A stretch of DNA of 64,000 bases from an uncultured Candidatus Hydrogenedens sp. Lineage in GTDB: Bacteria; Desulfobacterota_D; UBA1144. The position numbers were made by a program, and so were the translations under genes. Location of the stretch: assembly GCA_902609885.1 (NCBI GenBank), contig CACLTT010000004.1:75556-139555 (forward strand), written 5' to 3'. Within the stretch, counting starts at the first letter, position 1, and each line of letters begins with the position of its first letter. The notes beneath the pieces were generated by a model, which saw only the letters and a program-made list of their open reading frames with translations, was not told where the DNA came from and made no database searches. Of the stretch, positions 1 to 9,543 are shown one piece after another.

Positions 1-227
1 CCAAATATTAGCAAAAGAACATAATAGGAATGATTTTTAATACTATTTAATGAAGATTTTGATTCAACAATACCATCAATAACCTGCTTAATATTTATTG
101 GTATTAACAATTCAAAAGATGCAACTATCAACATTGCAAAAAATGCTAAAACGATCCAAAGTTTAAATGGTTGGGCAAAGCTAATTAACCAGAACAAAAT
201 ATTTTTATCTTTTGGACTTTTATGCAT
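1..227 (-). CDS. ABC exporter ATP-binding/permease subunit, N-terminal part (runs off window)
   Basis: Read by hand from ATG at 227: MHKSPKDKNILFWLISFAQPFKLWIVLAFFAMLIVASFELLIPINIKQVIDGIV. Typical ABC TMD start. Overlaps the stop of the upstream ABC gene, as in heterodimeric exporter pairs. Confidence 0.75.
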   Translation of the reverse strand, partial: MHKSPKDKNILFWLISFAQPFKLWIVLAFFAMLIVASFELLIPINIKQVIDGIVESKSSLNSIKNHSYYVLLLIF

Positions 228-1953
228 TCGAATTACCTGGCAATATTTTTTGTATATTTAAGAGTTCTCTGAATAACCCTTTGTTTTCATTAAGTTCTTT
301 AGAATTCCCAGATTCAACAATTTTCCCAGAATCTAAAACTAAAATATTATCCATAGAATAGATTGTGGAAATTCTTGAGGATATGATTATTAAAAATTTT
401 TCTTTAAATTCTTTTTTTAAATTTTTAAGTATTTGTAATTCTGTGTCTACATCTAAAGAGGATAATGTATCATCAATAATTAAAACCTCTGGTTCTTGAT
501 ATAGTGCCCTTGCTATTGAAAGCCTTTGTCTTTGACCACCTGATAAGCTTACACCCCTTTCACCCACTAGCTCATCTAAGCCTTTATCTAAATTTTTTAA
601 ATCCTTAATAAAGCCACTAATTTCAAGACATTTCAAGACCTTATTATCATTATCTTCATTTGTAAAGAAAGTAACATTATCTTTTATGGTTCCAGTAAAT
701 ATTACTGGATTTTGGGGAACAAATAGTACTTTCTCTCTTATTGAATCTTTATTAATATTGTTAATCTCTATGTCATTAAAATAGATATTTTTTGAATACA
801 TATTTTTTAAAATTAGATTTGCTATTGAAGTCTTTCCTGACCCAGTCTTACCTGTAATGCCTAATGACGAACCACGGGAGATATTAAAATTTAAATTTTC
901 AAGAATTTTTTTATTATTTTCTAGATAATCGACTTTATTAAATGATATTGTTTGAATTAAACCGATTTCATTTAAATCTGATTCGTCAATCTCAGAATTT
1001 TGTAAAATTATTGAATTAACTCTTATTAAACATGCGTTCCCTCTCTTTAACCAATCAACTGCTAAACCCATTGCAACAACTGGCCAACCCAGCATTGTTA
1101 GATAAACCATTAAAGATGAGAATTCTCCAATTGATATTTCATTTTGATATACCATCTTGCTGCCAATAAAAATAAAAATAAAAATTGAAACACCTGTAAA
1201 GAAAGTTATTAATGGTTGATAGCCAGCCCAAATTTTAACTAAGCTTAAATTAACCTTCTCATATTCTCTACTTTTTGTTTTAAAATTATTTAATTGATCT
1301 TTTTGGACATTTAAAGATTTGATTACACGAATAGAATATATAATTTTTCTTGCTTCTTCTGTTAATTTTGAAAAAGAAGCTTGAACATTTATAAATAATG
1401 TTTCAATTAAATCTCCATATTTTAATATTAAAACTCCCATTATTATGAAAGGTATTGAGGCATATAACGTAAATATTGGAGAAATAAAAAACATCGAAAT
1501 AAATATAAAAGTCAACAAAACAATCCCATCATATGCAACAACAATTCCAAAACCACAGGCCATTTTAATAGTCTCAATGTCATTAACACCTCGTGCCATG
1601 AAATCTCCAATTGTATTTTTCTCATATGATTCTTTAGGTAATTTTTGAATCTTACTAAAATAGTTATCCCTTAGAGTTTTTTCTATTCTTCTAGATGTTC
1701 CTAAGAGGAAAAACCTCCAAACAAATCTAAAAATTGCCATTATAAATCCACATATAATTAGATAAAATGCGCTGTTGTTAATAATATCAATAATTTGCTT
1801 CGATTCATCAGATGAGTATATAGCATCAATAACATTACCAACTAAAATCGGTACAATAAGTTGCATCATATCTACCATTGTTAATCCGATGATTCCATAA
1901 AATATATTTTTTTTATGATTTTTTAATAAAGAATATAAATTTTGCTTTTTCAT
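220..1953 (-). CDS. ABC exporter, fused permease/ATPase (MdlA/YheI-like)
   Basis: N-terminal TM helices, Walker A GKTGSGKT, signature LSGGQRQR, degenerate Walker B IIDD and H-loop SSR (non-canonical site of a heterodimer). Confidence 0.9.
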   Translation of the reverse strand: MKKQNLYSLLKNHKKNIFYGIIGLTMVDMMQLIVPILVGNVIDAIYSSDESKQIIDIINNSAFYLIICGFIMAIFRFVWRFFLLGTSRRIEKTLRDNYFSKIQKLPKESYEKNTIGDFMARGVNDIETIKMACGFGIVVAYDGIVLLTFIFISMFFISPIFTLYASIPFIIMGVLILKYGDLIETLFINVQASFSKLTEEARKIIYSIRVIKSLNVQKDQLNNFKTKSREYEKVNLSLVKIWAGYQPLITFFTGVSIFIFIFIGSKMVYQNEISIGEFSSLMVYLTMLGWPVVAMGLAVDWLKRGNACLIRVNSIILQNSEIDESDLNEIGLIQTISFNKVDYLENNKKILENLNFNISRGSSLGITGKTGSGKTSIANLILKNMYSKNIYFNDIEINNINKDSIREKVLFVPQNPVIFTGTIKDNVTFFTNEDNDNKVLKCLEISGFIKDLKNLDKGLDELVGERGVSLSGGQRQRLSIARALYQEPEVLIIDDTLSSLDVDTELQILKNLKKEFKEKFLIIISSRISTIYSMDNILVLDSGKIVESGNSKELNENKGLFRELLNIQKILPGNSNA

Positions 1954-2001
1954 TTTTACCTAATTAAAATATAAATCTATTTTTCATTATAAATGAAATA
2001 A

Positions 2002-2030
2002 TTGACAAAAAAGAAAATAAGGGTTTAACT
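2002..2030 (+). promoter_or_regulatory. Putative sigma70 promoter of the LLM oxidoreductase gene
   Basis: TTGACA (2002-2007), 17 bp, TTAACT (2025-2030). Confidence 0.45.
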
Positions 2031-2067
2031 AGGAAAGAACAAAAAGAGTGTATAAGGGTTTAACTAG
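2017..2067 (+). repeat. Perfect 16-bp direct repeat ATAAGGGTTTAACTAG, two copies, 35-bp period
   Basis: Copies at 2017-2032 and 2052-2067, each preceded by CAAAAA(A)GA. Confidence 0.9.
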
Positions 2068-2071
2068 AAAA

Positions 2072-2962
2072 ATGGATTTAGGTATTGCTTTACCAATTAT
2101 TGCAAATATTGATATAGATAATCAGCTCAAAATTGCAATAAAGGCTGAACAGCTTGGCTTTAAGTCAGTTTGGGCAAGTGATCATATAATAATTCCACAA
2201 GAATGGAAAGGTAGATTTTCTGATATTTTTCCTGATCCGTTTATAATGCTTACCGCTATATCTCAAAATACATCAAAAATTACTCTTGGTACAAGTGCTA
2301 TTATATTGCCTTATAGGAACCCTATAATTGTAGCCAAAATGCTTTCTACCTTAGATAATTTATGTAACGGTAGGTTAATCTGCACAGTAGCTCCCGGGTG
2401 GATGAAAGAAGAATTTGATATTTTGGGTGTTCCTTATGAGGGAAGAATTCCTAAAACCGAGGAATTTATCAAAATTCTTAAAAATTTATGGAGTGAGAAT
2501 CCAGATCCTTTTGAGGGAGAATTTTATACATTCAAGAACGTTTCATTTCAACCAAGACCCATGCAAGATAAATTACAAATATGGATGGGTGGAAATGCTG
2601 ATGGAGCCATTCAAAGAGCAGTGGATTATGCTGATGGTTGGCAGCCAATATGGTTTGGTCCCGAAGAATTAAAAAACAAAATATTTTATTTAGAAAAGTA
2701 TGCTGACGAAAAGAAAGTAAATATTAACAGGGAAATTTATAATATATCTTTGAGAAATAGAATACTATTTACAAGTGATAAAGATAACGGTAATAATCCT
2801 GATACCGCGTTAATTGGACAAAAAAATGAAGTATTTGATAAAATACTTGCATATAAAGACTTGAGAATAAAAGAAGTTGTTTTAGATTTTATATCACCTA
2901 ATATTGATGAAATTTTAGAAACAATGGAAATTGTAGGAAACGAACTTATTCCAGAGCTTTAA
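2072..2962 (+). CDS. LLM-class (luciferase-like) oxidoreductase, probably F420-dependent
   Basis: AEQLGFKSVWASDH, DPFIML, LGTSAIILPYRNP, GWMKEEF, WMGG, ADGWQP motifs. ATG 2072 (MDLGIALP) is more likely than GTG 2048. Confidence 0.85.
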   Translation: MDLGIALPIIANIDIDNQLKIAIKAEQLGFKSVWASDHIIIPQEWKGRFSDIFPDPFIMLTAISQNTSKITLGTSAIILPYRNPIIVAKMLSTLDNLCNGRLICTVAPGWMKEEFDILGVPYEGRIPKTEEFIKILKNLWSENPDPFEGEFYTFKNVSFQPRPMQDKLQIWMGGNADGAIQRAVDYADGWQPIWFGPEELKNKIFYLEKYADEKKVNINREIYNISLRNRILFTSDKDNGNNPDTALIGQKNEVFDKILAYKDLRIKEVVLDFISPNIDEILETMEIVGNELIPEL

Positions 2963-3384
2963 TTTTCTAATCTTTTTATTAAGCCACTCCAATATTTATG
3001 CCAATATGAGTCCTCTATTTGTGTTTTTAACTCCTTTTTTGCGTATGTAATTGCATCATCTTTACTTTCTGTATAAAGTTCCAACTGTTTAGCAGCTGAA
3101 TCGAGCTCGTCTTCAGAAATTTCTATGGAATCCAAAACATCACTAACAAATTTACCCATTTGAATTAACGAATCATTTAGCTGAGTTTTATTTTTATCTA
3201 TCTCATCTGATAAAGATCCAACGTCTTTTCCTAATAAATCTTTAGCTTGGGAAACTCTTGTCAAATAGTCCTCCACAGACTTAACATTTCTGATAGCATT
3301 TTGTAATTCTTTTACTAAGCTCGTCAATTGCCTTGAATCAGACATATTATTTTGGATATCTTTACTTTTGGTTAAATCTCCCAT
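2959..3384 (-). CDS. Hypothetical helical/coiled-coil protein
   Basis: 141-aa ORF with GAGGTG SD upstream. Last gene of the Cdc48-DUF1460 run. No recognised motif. Confidence 0.7.
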   Translation of the reverse strand: MGDLTKSKDIQNNMSDSRQLTSLVKELQNAIRNVKSVEDYLTRVSQAKDLLGKDVGSLSDEIDKNKTQLNDSLIQMGKFVSDVLDSIEISEDELDSAAKQLELYTESKDDAITYAKKELKTQIEDSYWHKYWSGLIKRLEN

Positions 3385-3408
3385 TTCACACCTCTATTAA
3401 ATAATTAA

Positions 3409-4209
3409 TTATTTAGTTTCAAAGATAATTATACCTGGCTTATTTTTTATATATTCTAAAAAATCCTCATCAATAACTTTCATATATTTACTTTTACTAG
3501 ATGCATGCCTAAATATAGCATTCCCTTCTTTATCCCACAAAAGAAACCCCACATGTGATACATCAAGCCCTATCCTATCTGATACAATTCCAACTATATA
3601 ATGATTTTTAGAACCTTTTAAATCCGAAATAATTTTTGTGGCTTTTTTAAAAGATAAATAATTAATATATTTTTCTTTAAGGGGAATTCCTTCTAAATAT
3701 TTTTCTGTTTCGTTTTTTTTATTTAATGTCTTTTTCTCTTTTAAATCTGCTCCTTCAACTTTACTAACCCCTAAAAAATTAATCCAGTCAGTAAAAAAAT
3801 GATTTCTACTATAAAAGTCTACTTCACCTTTATAATACCTATACTCTCTAACTTTATTTTTGAATTCTTGATAATTATTTGAATTTGCTAATGCGTGTAC
3901 ATATTCTACATAAGTAAAACAATCAAGTTTATTCAGATCAATTACAAAAACTTCATCTTTTTTTTCTGAACCAATTAAAACATTACTTACATACGGGATT
4001 CCAACTAGTGCCTTTGAATATTTATTATATTTTTCAAAATACGGTTCAAAATTATATGATTTAATCAAATTCTCAATTTCATTAACATCAAAGTGTTTTA
4101 AATTTGGATTTTCAGTAGAATTTATCTTTGTCGGTAAAACTGTAGAAAAAATAATAAAAATTAAAAAAATAACATTAAATGATAAATGATTTTCTTTTAT
4201 AAATTTCAT
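3409..4209 (-). CDS. DUF1460 / NlpC-P60-like N-acetylmuramoyl-L-alanine amidase
   Basis: LVGIPY, LDCFTYVEYV, RNHFFTDW, GLDVSHVG, FRHASS motifs, plus an N-terminal hydrophobic segment. Start uncertain (4209 preferred). Confidence 0.8.
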   Translation of the reverse strand: MKFIKENHLSFNVIFLIFIIFSTVLPTKINSTENPNLKHFDVNEIENLIKSYNFEPYFEKYNKYSKALVGIPYVSNVLIGSEKKDEVFVIDLNKLDCFTYVEYVHALANSNNYQEFKNKVREYRYYKGEVDFYSRNHFFTDWINFLGVSKVEGADLKEKKTLNKKNETEKYLEGIPLKEKYINYLSFKKATKIISDLKGSKNHYIVGIVSDRIGLDVSHVGFLLWDKEGNAIFRHASSKSKYMKVIDEDFLEYIKNKPGIIIFETK

Positions 4210-6217
4210 CAATAGCTTTATTAACCCCATAATTTGAAAGTTCTTTACTATTAGAAAATTGTACAGCAAGGTTTAGCATCGTGTCTATATCAGCACCATT
4301 AAAATCTTTCAATTTGTTTAAGCAATTCTTGTCACAATTATAAATAATTTCTTTATCTTTTATCTTTATTTGAAGAATCTCACTGACTTCATTTTTATCA
4401 GGCAAAGGAGTCTCTAATAATAAGTCAAACCTTCCGGATCTCAATAAAGATTTATCAATTTTTTCTATTTTATTTGTTGCAGCAAGAATTACCACATTAT
4501 TTAATTCTGAGAAACCATCCAACTCTAATAAAATTTGACTTAAAATTCTGCTTGTTACTGAATCAGAGGACTTTTCTAAACTCGAAGAACAAATAGAGTC
4601 AATCTCATCAAAAAAAAGAATTGAGGGCGAGACCTGTCTTGCTTTATTAAAAAAATTTTTAATCAATTGTTCTGATTCCCCTAAGTATTTGGATAAAAGC
4701 TCAGGACCTTTTATCGATATAAAGTTCATACCACTATTATTTGCCAATGCTTTTGCGATCATAGTCTTACCGGAACCCGGAGGTCCATAAAGCATAATAC
4801 CTTTAGGTAAAACTGAGTCAGATGAAACTTTTAGAGGGTCAATTATAACTTCTTCAAGGGTTCCCTTGATTTCTTTTAAACCACCAATCTCTTCCCATTT
4901 TACTTTTGGTGTTTCGACAAATATTTCCCTTATTGCAGAGGGTTGAATAGTTGATAATGCAGATAAAAAATTATCTTGATTTATTCTAATCTGATCAACT
5001 TCATCATAACTGATATCAGTCGCTCCAAGCAGTTTTTGAACTGAGTTTAGGGCCGCATCTTTGCAAACCATTTCAATATCAGCTCCGACAAAACCTGAGG
5101 ATAAAGATGACAATAAATCAAAATCAATATCATCTTCTAGAGGCATTCCTCTGGAATGAATACTGAAAATTTCTTTTCTTCCTTCAAAATTTGGTGGATC
5201 TAAAAAAATCTCTTTATCAAACCTACCAGGTCTTCTTAAAGCAGAATCAATAGAATTTGGCAAGTTCGTAGCTGCTAAAACTATAATTTTACCTCTATCT
5301 TTTAACCCATCCATTAAAGCTAGCAACTGTCCAACAATTCTTTTTTCTACCTCGCCATGCACTCTATCCCGTTTGGGCGCAATTGCATCTATCTCATCAA
5401 TAAACAAAATTGAAGGTTGATTATCTGCAGCAGATTGAAAAATTTCTCTTAGTAGTGCTTCACTTTCACCATAGAATTTACGAACAATTTCTGGTCCATT
5501 AACTATTTTAAAATTTACACCGCATTCATTAGCAATTGCTCTTGCTAGTAGTGTTTTACCTGTCCCGGGGGGCCCGGCTAATAGAATTCCTCTAGGAGCA
5601 TCAATTCCTAGCCTATAAAATATCTCAGGATGCTTAAGAGGTAATTCAACTAAATCTTTAATTTTTTTTAATTGTTCGCCAAGACCACCAATATCATCAT
5701 AAGACGTTATGTTTTCTTTGTTTTGCGAATCTACTCTTTTAATTTCAACTTTGGTTTTAGAATTTATAATTGAAGAACCAGAGGGTGCAAGAGCCATTAC
5801 TTTAAAAGATTCAACTTTGCCTCCAGGCATGGTTGTACTAATGGAATCCCCAGAAGTTACAACTTGTCCGTCTATTTTGTTTAATAAAATTTTAGAATCA
5901 TCATTGAATAACAGGGATTGTGAATTTGTAGGAGATAATACAATTTTTTTTGTTTTTTCTACATTAATTTTTTTTATAGTAACAAAATCATTTAAACTCA
6001 TGTTTATGTTTTGACGAGTAATCCCATCAACTTTTATGTAGTTATTTTTTGTATCTGGTGAGGGCATTAAACGAATAGCTGATTTTCTTTTTCCAAAAAT
6101 TTCCACAACATCAAGTGGCTCTATTCCAAGTTCTTGCATTAATGCGGTAGGAATTCTCGCAAAACCTTTACCTGAATCCTTTACACCTAAATCTTCTAGC
6201 TTTAATTTAATCGACAT
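4175..6217 (-). CDS. CDC48/VAT-family AAA+ ATPase
   Basis: N-domain (GKGFARIP...VDGITRQN) and two AAA modules: GPPGTGKT/FIDEID/RRPGRFD and GPPGSGKT/FFDEID/LRSGRFD. Confidence 0.92.
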   Translation of the reverse strand: MSIKLKLEDLGVKDSGKGFARIPTALMQELGIEPLDVVEIFGKRKSAIRLMPSPDTKNNYIKVDGITRQNINMSLNDFVTIKKINVEKTKKIVLSPTNSQSLLFNDDSKILLNKIDGQVVTSGDSISTTMPGGKVESFKVMALAPSGSSIINSKTKVEIKRVDSQNKENITSYDDIGGLGEQLKKIKDLVELPLKHPEIFYRLGIDAPRGILLAGPPGTGKTLLARAIANECGVNFKIVNGPEIVRKFYGESEALLREIFQSAADNQPSILFIDEIDAIAPKRDRVHGEVEKRIVGQLLALMDGLKDRGKIIVLAATNLPNSIDSALRRPGRFDKEIFLDPPNFEGRKEIFSIHSRGMPLEDDIDFDLLSSLSSGFVGADIEMVCKDAALNSVQKLLGATDISYDEVDQIRINQDNFLSALSTIQPSAIREIFVETPKVKWEEIGGLKEIKGTLEEVIIDPLKVSSDSVLPKGIMLYGPPGSGKTMIAKALANNSGMNFISIKGPELLSKYLGESEQLIKNFFNKARQVSPSILFFDEIDSICSSSLEKSSDSVTSRILSQILLELDGFSELNNVVILAATNKIEKIDKSLLRSGRFDLLLETPLPDKNEVSEILQIKIKDKEIIYNCDKNCLNKLKDFNGADIDTMLNLAVQFSNSKELSNYGVNKAIDEIYKRKSFII

Positions 6218-6303
6218 ATTTCTTAATAGATTACCGATGGGTTATAATAGTTCAAGCAATAGTAGATTTAAAAAATAAATTTTTGGATGATATTTAACTT
6301 ATA

Positions 6304-6735
6304 ATGATCAATATAATTAAAGAAGATTTAAAGACAGCGATGAGAAATAAAGACAAAGTAAAAATTAATACTCTAAGGGGTCTTATTTCTATTTTTAATA
6401 ATTCTGATTCAAAAAATGATGAATCTTTGATAACAAAAATTCTTAAAAAAGAAGCCAAAAAAAGGAAAGAAGCCATAAGTCTTTACAAGGAAAGTAATAG
6501 AAAAGATTTAATGGAAAATGAATTAAAAGAATTAAAAATTTTAGAATCATATATGCCAGAGCAAATTTCAGATGAAGAGTTAGAAAATAAAATAAATGAG
6601 TTGAGTAAAAAATTATTTAGTGATTCCAAACCAGAACTTGGTATATTAATAAAAAATTCTATTGAGAAATTGAGTGAATTTTCTGATAATGGAACTATTA
6701 GTAAAATATGTAAAAAAGTAATAGGAGCTAAGTAA
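6304..6735 (+). CDS. GatB/YqeY domain protein
   Basis: DLKTAMR..D...TLR, KRKEAI..Y...R.DL...E..EL.IL..YMP pattern. Confidence 0.85.
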   Translation: MINIIKEDLKTAMRNKDKVKINTLRGLISIFNNSDSKNDESLITKILKKEAKKRKEAISLYKESNRKDLMENELKELKILESYMPEQISDEELENKINELSKKLFSDSKPELGILIKNSIEKLSEFSDNGTISKICKKVIGAK

Positions 6736-6738
6736 ATA

Positions 6739-8511
6739 ATGGATTGGAATTTAAATGACTTATATAAAAATATAAACTCAAATAAAATTTCTGATGATTT
6801 TATAAAACTTGAAAAGCTTTCAATTAAATTTAATAAATCTTATAAAAATAAAATAAAAAATAAATCAAACCCAAAGACCGTACATAAAGCCATAGTGGAA
6901 CTTGAGAAAATATATGAGGGTCTAGGTAAATTATCATCTTATGCTTCATTAAATTTTGCTGCCAATACAAACAATGAAAAGATATCTCAGTTTTATCAGT
7001 CAACTAGTGAAAAAGTCTCACAAATTAGAAAAAATCTCATCTTTTTCTTTATCGATTGGAATAATATTGATTCTAAAAATGCTAAGAGAATTTATGATAC
7101 AAAAATTTTATTGAAATATAAAAATCTCCTTGAATCAGAAAGAAAATATAAACCATATATTTTATCCGAATCTGAGGAAAAAATTTTAGATCAAAAAGCG
7201 CTAACCTCATCTCGAGCTTTTAATAGACTTTTTGATGAAACTTTAAATAATATAATCTTCGATGTAAAAATAAAAGGAAAGAATAAAAAACTATCTGAGA
7301 CACAAACATTATCTTTACTATATGATAAGGATAGAAAAATAAGAACCGAAGCGGCTAAGGGATTGACCAAAGGTCTGAATTCTGAAAAAAAATTAATAAC
7401 CTTCATTTTTAATCAAATCCTAAGTGATTGCAAAATCATTAATGATCTTAGAGGTTACAAAAATCCTATAGACTCTAGAAATTTATCAAATGAAATAAAC
7501 ATAAAAACTGTAAATGCTCTTATTGCTGCATGTGATAAAAACAATTCTCTAGTTCATAGATATTATAAATTAAAGTCCAAAATCCTAAAAATTAAGAACT
7601 TCATGGATTATGATAGGTACGCACCCCTCGGTGAATCACAAAAAAAGTATACTTTCAAAGATGCAAAGAAAATCGTGCTTGATTCTTTTAGTTCTTTTTC
7701 GCCAGAAATGTCAAAAGTTGCATCTTTATTTTTTGATAAAAAATGGATTGATTTCAATATCAGAGATGGGAAACGTGCTGGCGCATTTAGCCATTCTTGT
7801 GTGCCCTCAGTTCATCCTTATATTTTAATGAATTTTACTGGTAAAATTAGAGATGTAACAACACTAGCTCATGAACTTGGTCACGGAATTCATCAATATC
7901 TCTCTAGAAAAAACGGATATTTTCAACAAAATACTCCTCTAACAACCGCTGAAACTGCAAGTGTTTTTGCGGAAATGTTGGTTTTCAACAAACTATTATC
8001 AGAATTAAATTCTCCCAAACAAAAATTATACTTAATTTGTTCGAAACTAGAGGATATTTTTGCAACAGTTTTTAGGCAAATAGTAATGACAAACTTTGAA
8101 ATATCTATACACAGCAGAAGAAAACTTGGTGGTGAGCTCGCATCTGAGGAATTTGATAAATTCTGGGTTAATGCAAATAAAAAAATGTTCGGTAAATCAA
8201 TTAAAATATCAGAATATTATAAAAATTGGTGGATGTATATTCCACATTTTATTCATTCCCCCTTTTATTGTTATTCATACTCTTTTGGGGAATTATTAGT
8301 TCATGGCCTTTTCGCCAAATATAATAAAGAGGGTAAAAGTTTTGTTAATAAATATATGAACTTACTTTCCTCTGGTTCAACTGAAATTCCAGAAAAATTA
8401 GTAAAAAAAGTTGGAATAGATCTAAATGATAGTAAGTTTTGGGAAAGTAGCATGTATTTAATGAAAGAACTTGTCATTAAAGCAGAAAAGCTATATAAAC
8501 AAATCAACTAA
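6739..8511 (+). CDS. pepF: M3B oligoendopeptidase F
   Basis: WNLNDLY N-terminus, GKRAGAF, HPYILMNF, zinc motif HELGH, AETASVF, HSPFYCYSY. Confidence 0.92.
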   Translation: MDWNLNDLYKNINSNKISDDFIKLEKLSIKFNKSYKNKIKNKSNPKTVHKAIVELEKIYEGLGKLSSYASLNFAANTNNEKISQFYQSTSEKVSQIRKNLIFFFIDWNNIDSKNAKRIYDTKILLKYKNLLESERKYKPYILSESEEKILDQKALTSSRAFNRLFDETLNNIIFDVKIKGKNKKLSETQTLSLLYDKDRKIRTEAAKGLTKGLNSEKKLITFIFNQILSDCKIINDLRGYKNPIDSRNLSNEINIKTVNALIAACDKNNSLVHRYYKLKSKILKIKNFMDYDRYAPLGESQKKYTFKDAKKIVLDSFSSFSPEMSKVASLFFDKKWIDFNIRDGKRAGAFSHSCVPSVHPYILMNFTGKIRDVTTLAHELGHGIHQYLSRKNGYFQQNTPLTTAETASVFAEMLVFNKLLSELNSPKQKLYLICSKLEDIFATVFRQIVMTNFEISIHSRRKLGGELASEEFDKFWVNANKKMFGKSIKISEYYKNWWMYIPHFIHSPFYCYSYSFGELLVHGLFAKYNKEGKSFVNKYMNLLSSGSTEIPEKLVKKVGIDLNDSKFWESSMYLMKELVIKAEKLYKQIN

Positions 8512-9053
8512 TGATTAAAATTTCCAACGGTACAAAGAAAGGATTTAAACTTAAAGTTCCATCAAGTGGCAATGTTCGACCCAAAACATCAAAAGTGAGA
8601 AAAATGATCTTTGATATAATTCAAGATGTGAATAATTATCATATTTTAGACTTGTTTGCCGGATGTGGTTCTTTAGGAATAGAAAGCTTGAGTATGGGAG
8701 CTAAATTTGTTACTTTTGTGGATAAGAGCAATATATCAACTAAATATATTAAAGACAATCTTATTAAATGCTCTTTTGAAAATAAGGCTGAAGTTATAAA
8801 TAAAAGTTTTTCAGAAACAACTCGTCAATTAATTAAAAGAAATTATAAATATGATTTAATTTTTATTGATCCTCCATATGATTATTTTGATGAAAAAAGC
8901 TTAAATGGTATCATTAGAACTGCCTTAAAGCTTTTAGAAAATCAGGGTATTATAGTATGTGAGCATCCAATGGAAGAAAAAATTAAATTAGATGTTTCAA
9001 GTTATAGAGTAAAAAAATATAAAGATAAATATATAACATTTTGTGAGAAATAA
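8511..9053 (+). CDS. rsmD: 16S rRNA m2G966 methyltransferase
   Basis: LDLFAGCGSLGIESLS and FIDPPY. Canonical rsmD-coaD synteny. Confidence 0.88.
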   Translation: MIKISNGTKKGFKLKVPSSGNVRPKTSKVRKMIFDIIQDVNNYHILDLFAGCGSLGIESLSMGAKFVTFVDKSNISTKYIKDNLIKCSFENKAEVINKSFSETTRQLIKRNYKYDLIFIDPPYDYFDEKSLNGIIRTALKLLENQGIIVCEHPMEEKIKLDVSSYRVKKYKDKYITFCEK

Positions 9054-9541
9054 TGAAAAGGTCTGTAATATATCCAGGTAGTTTTGATCCATTAACTAAC
9101 GGGCATATAAATATTATTAAACGCGCATCAAAGTCTTTTGATAAAGTTGTTGTAGCAGTAGCCGTCAACTCCAGCAAATCATCAATCATGAATATTGATC
9201 AAAGAGTAAAAGTGATAAAAAAAATATTTAAAAATAATAATAAAATTGTTGTTGATAAATTTGAAGGATTGTTAGTTAGATATGCAAACCAGAAAAAAGT
9301 TAAAACTATTTTAAGGGGAATGAGAACAGTTCAAGATTTTGAATATGAGTTACAAATGGCAACATCTAATAATAAACTAGATTCTACTATAGAAACAATT
9401 TTCATGGTTGCGGATGCTAATTTTGCTCACATAAGTTCTTCATTAATAAAAGATATAATAAAGCTTGGTGGAAGTGCTAAAGAATTTATCCCAGCCGCTG
9501 TTGAATCAGAGCTTAAAAAAATTTTGAATAAAAGGAAATAA
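9053..9541 (+). CDS. coaD: Phosphopantetheine adenylyltransferase
   Basis: YPGSFDPLTNGH, RGMR..DFEYE, ISSS. Confidence 0.96.
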   Translation: MKRSVIYPGSFDPLTNGHINIIKRASKSFDKVVVAVAVNSSKSSIMNIDQRVKVIKKIFKNNNKIVVDKFEGLLVRYANQKKVKTILRGMRTVQDFEYELQMATSNNKLDSTIETIFMVADANFAHISSSLIKDIIKLGGSAKEFIPAAVESELKKILNKRK

Positions 9542-9543
9542 TA

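Noticed and set aside
2017..2067. CRISPR mini-array
   Set aside because: Only two 16-bp copies with a 19-bp gap, and no cas genes.
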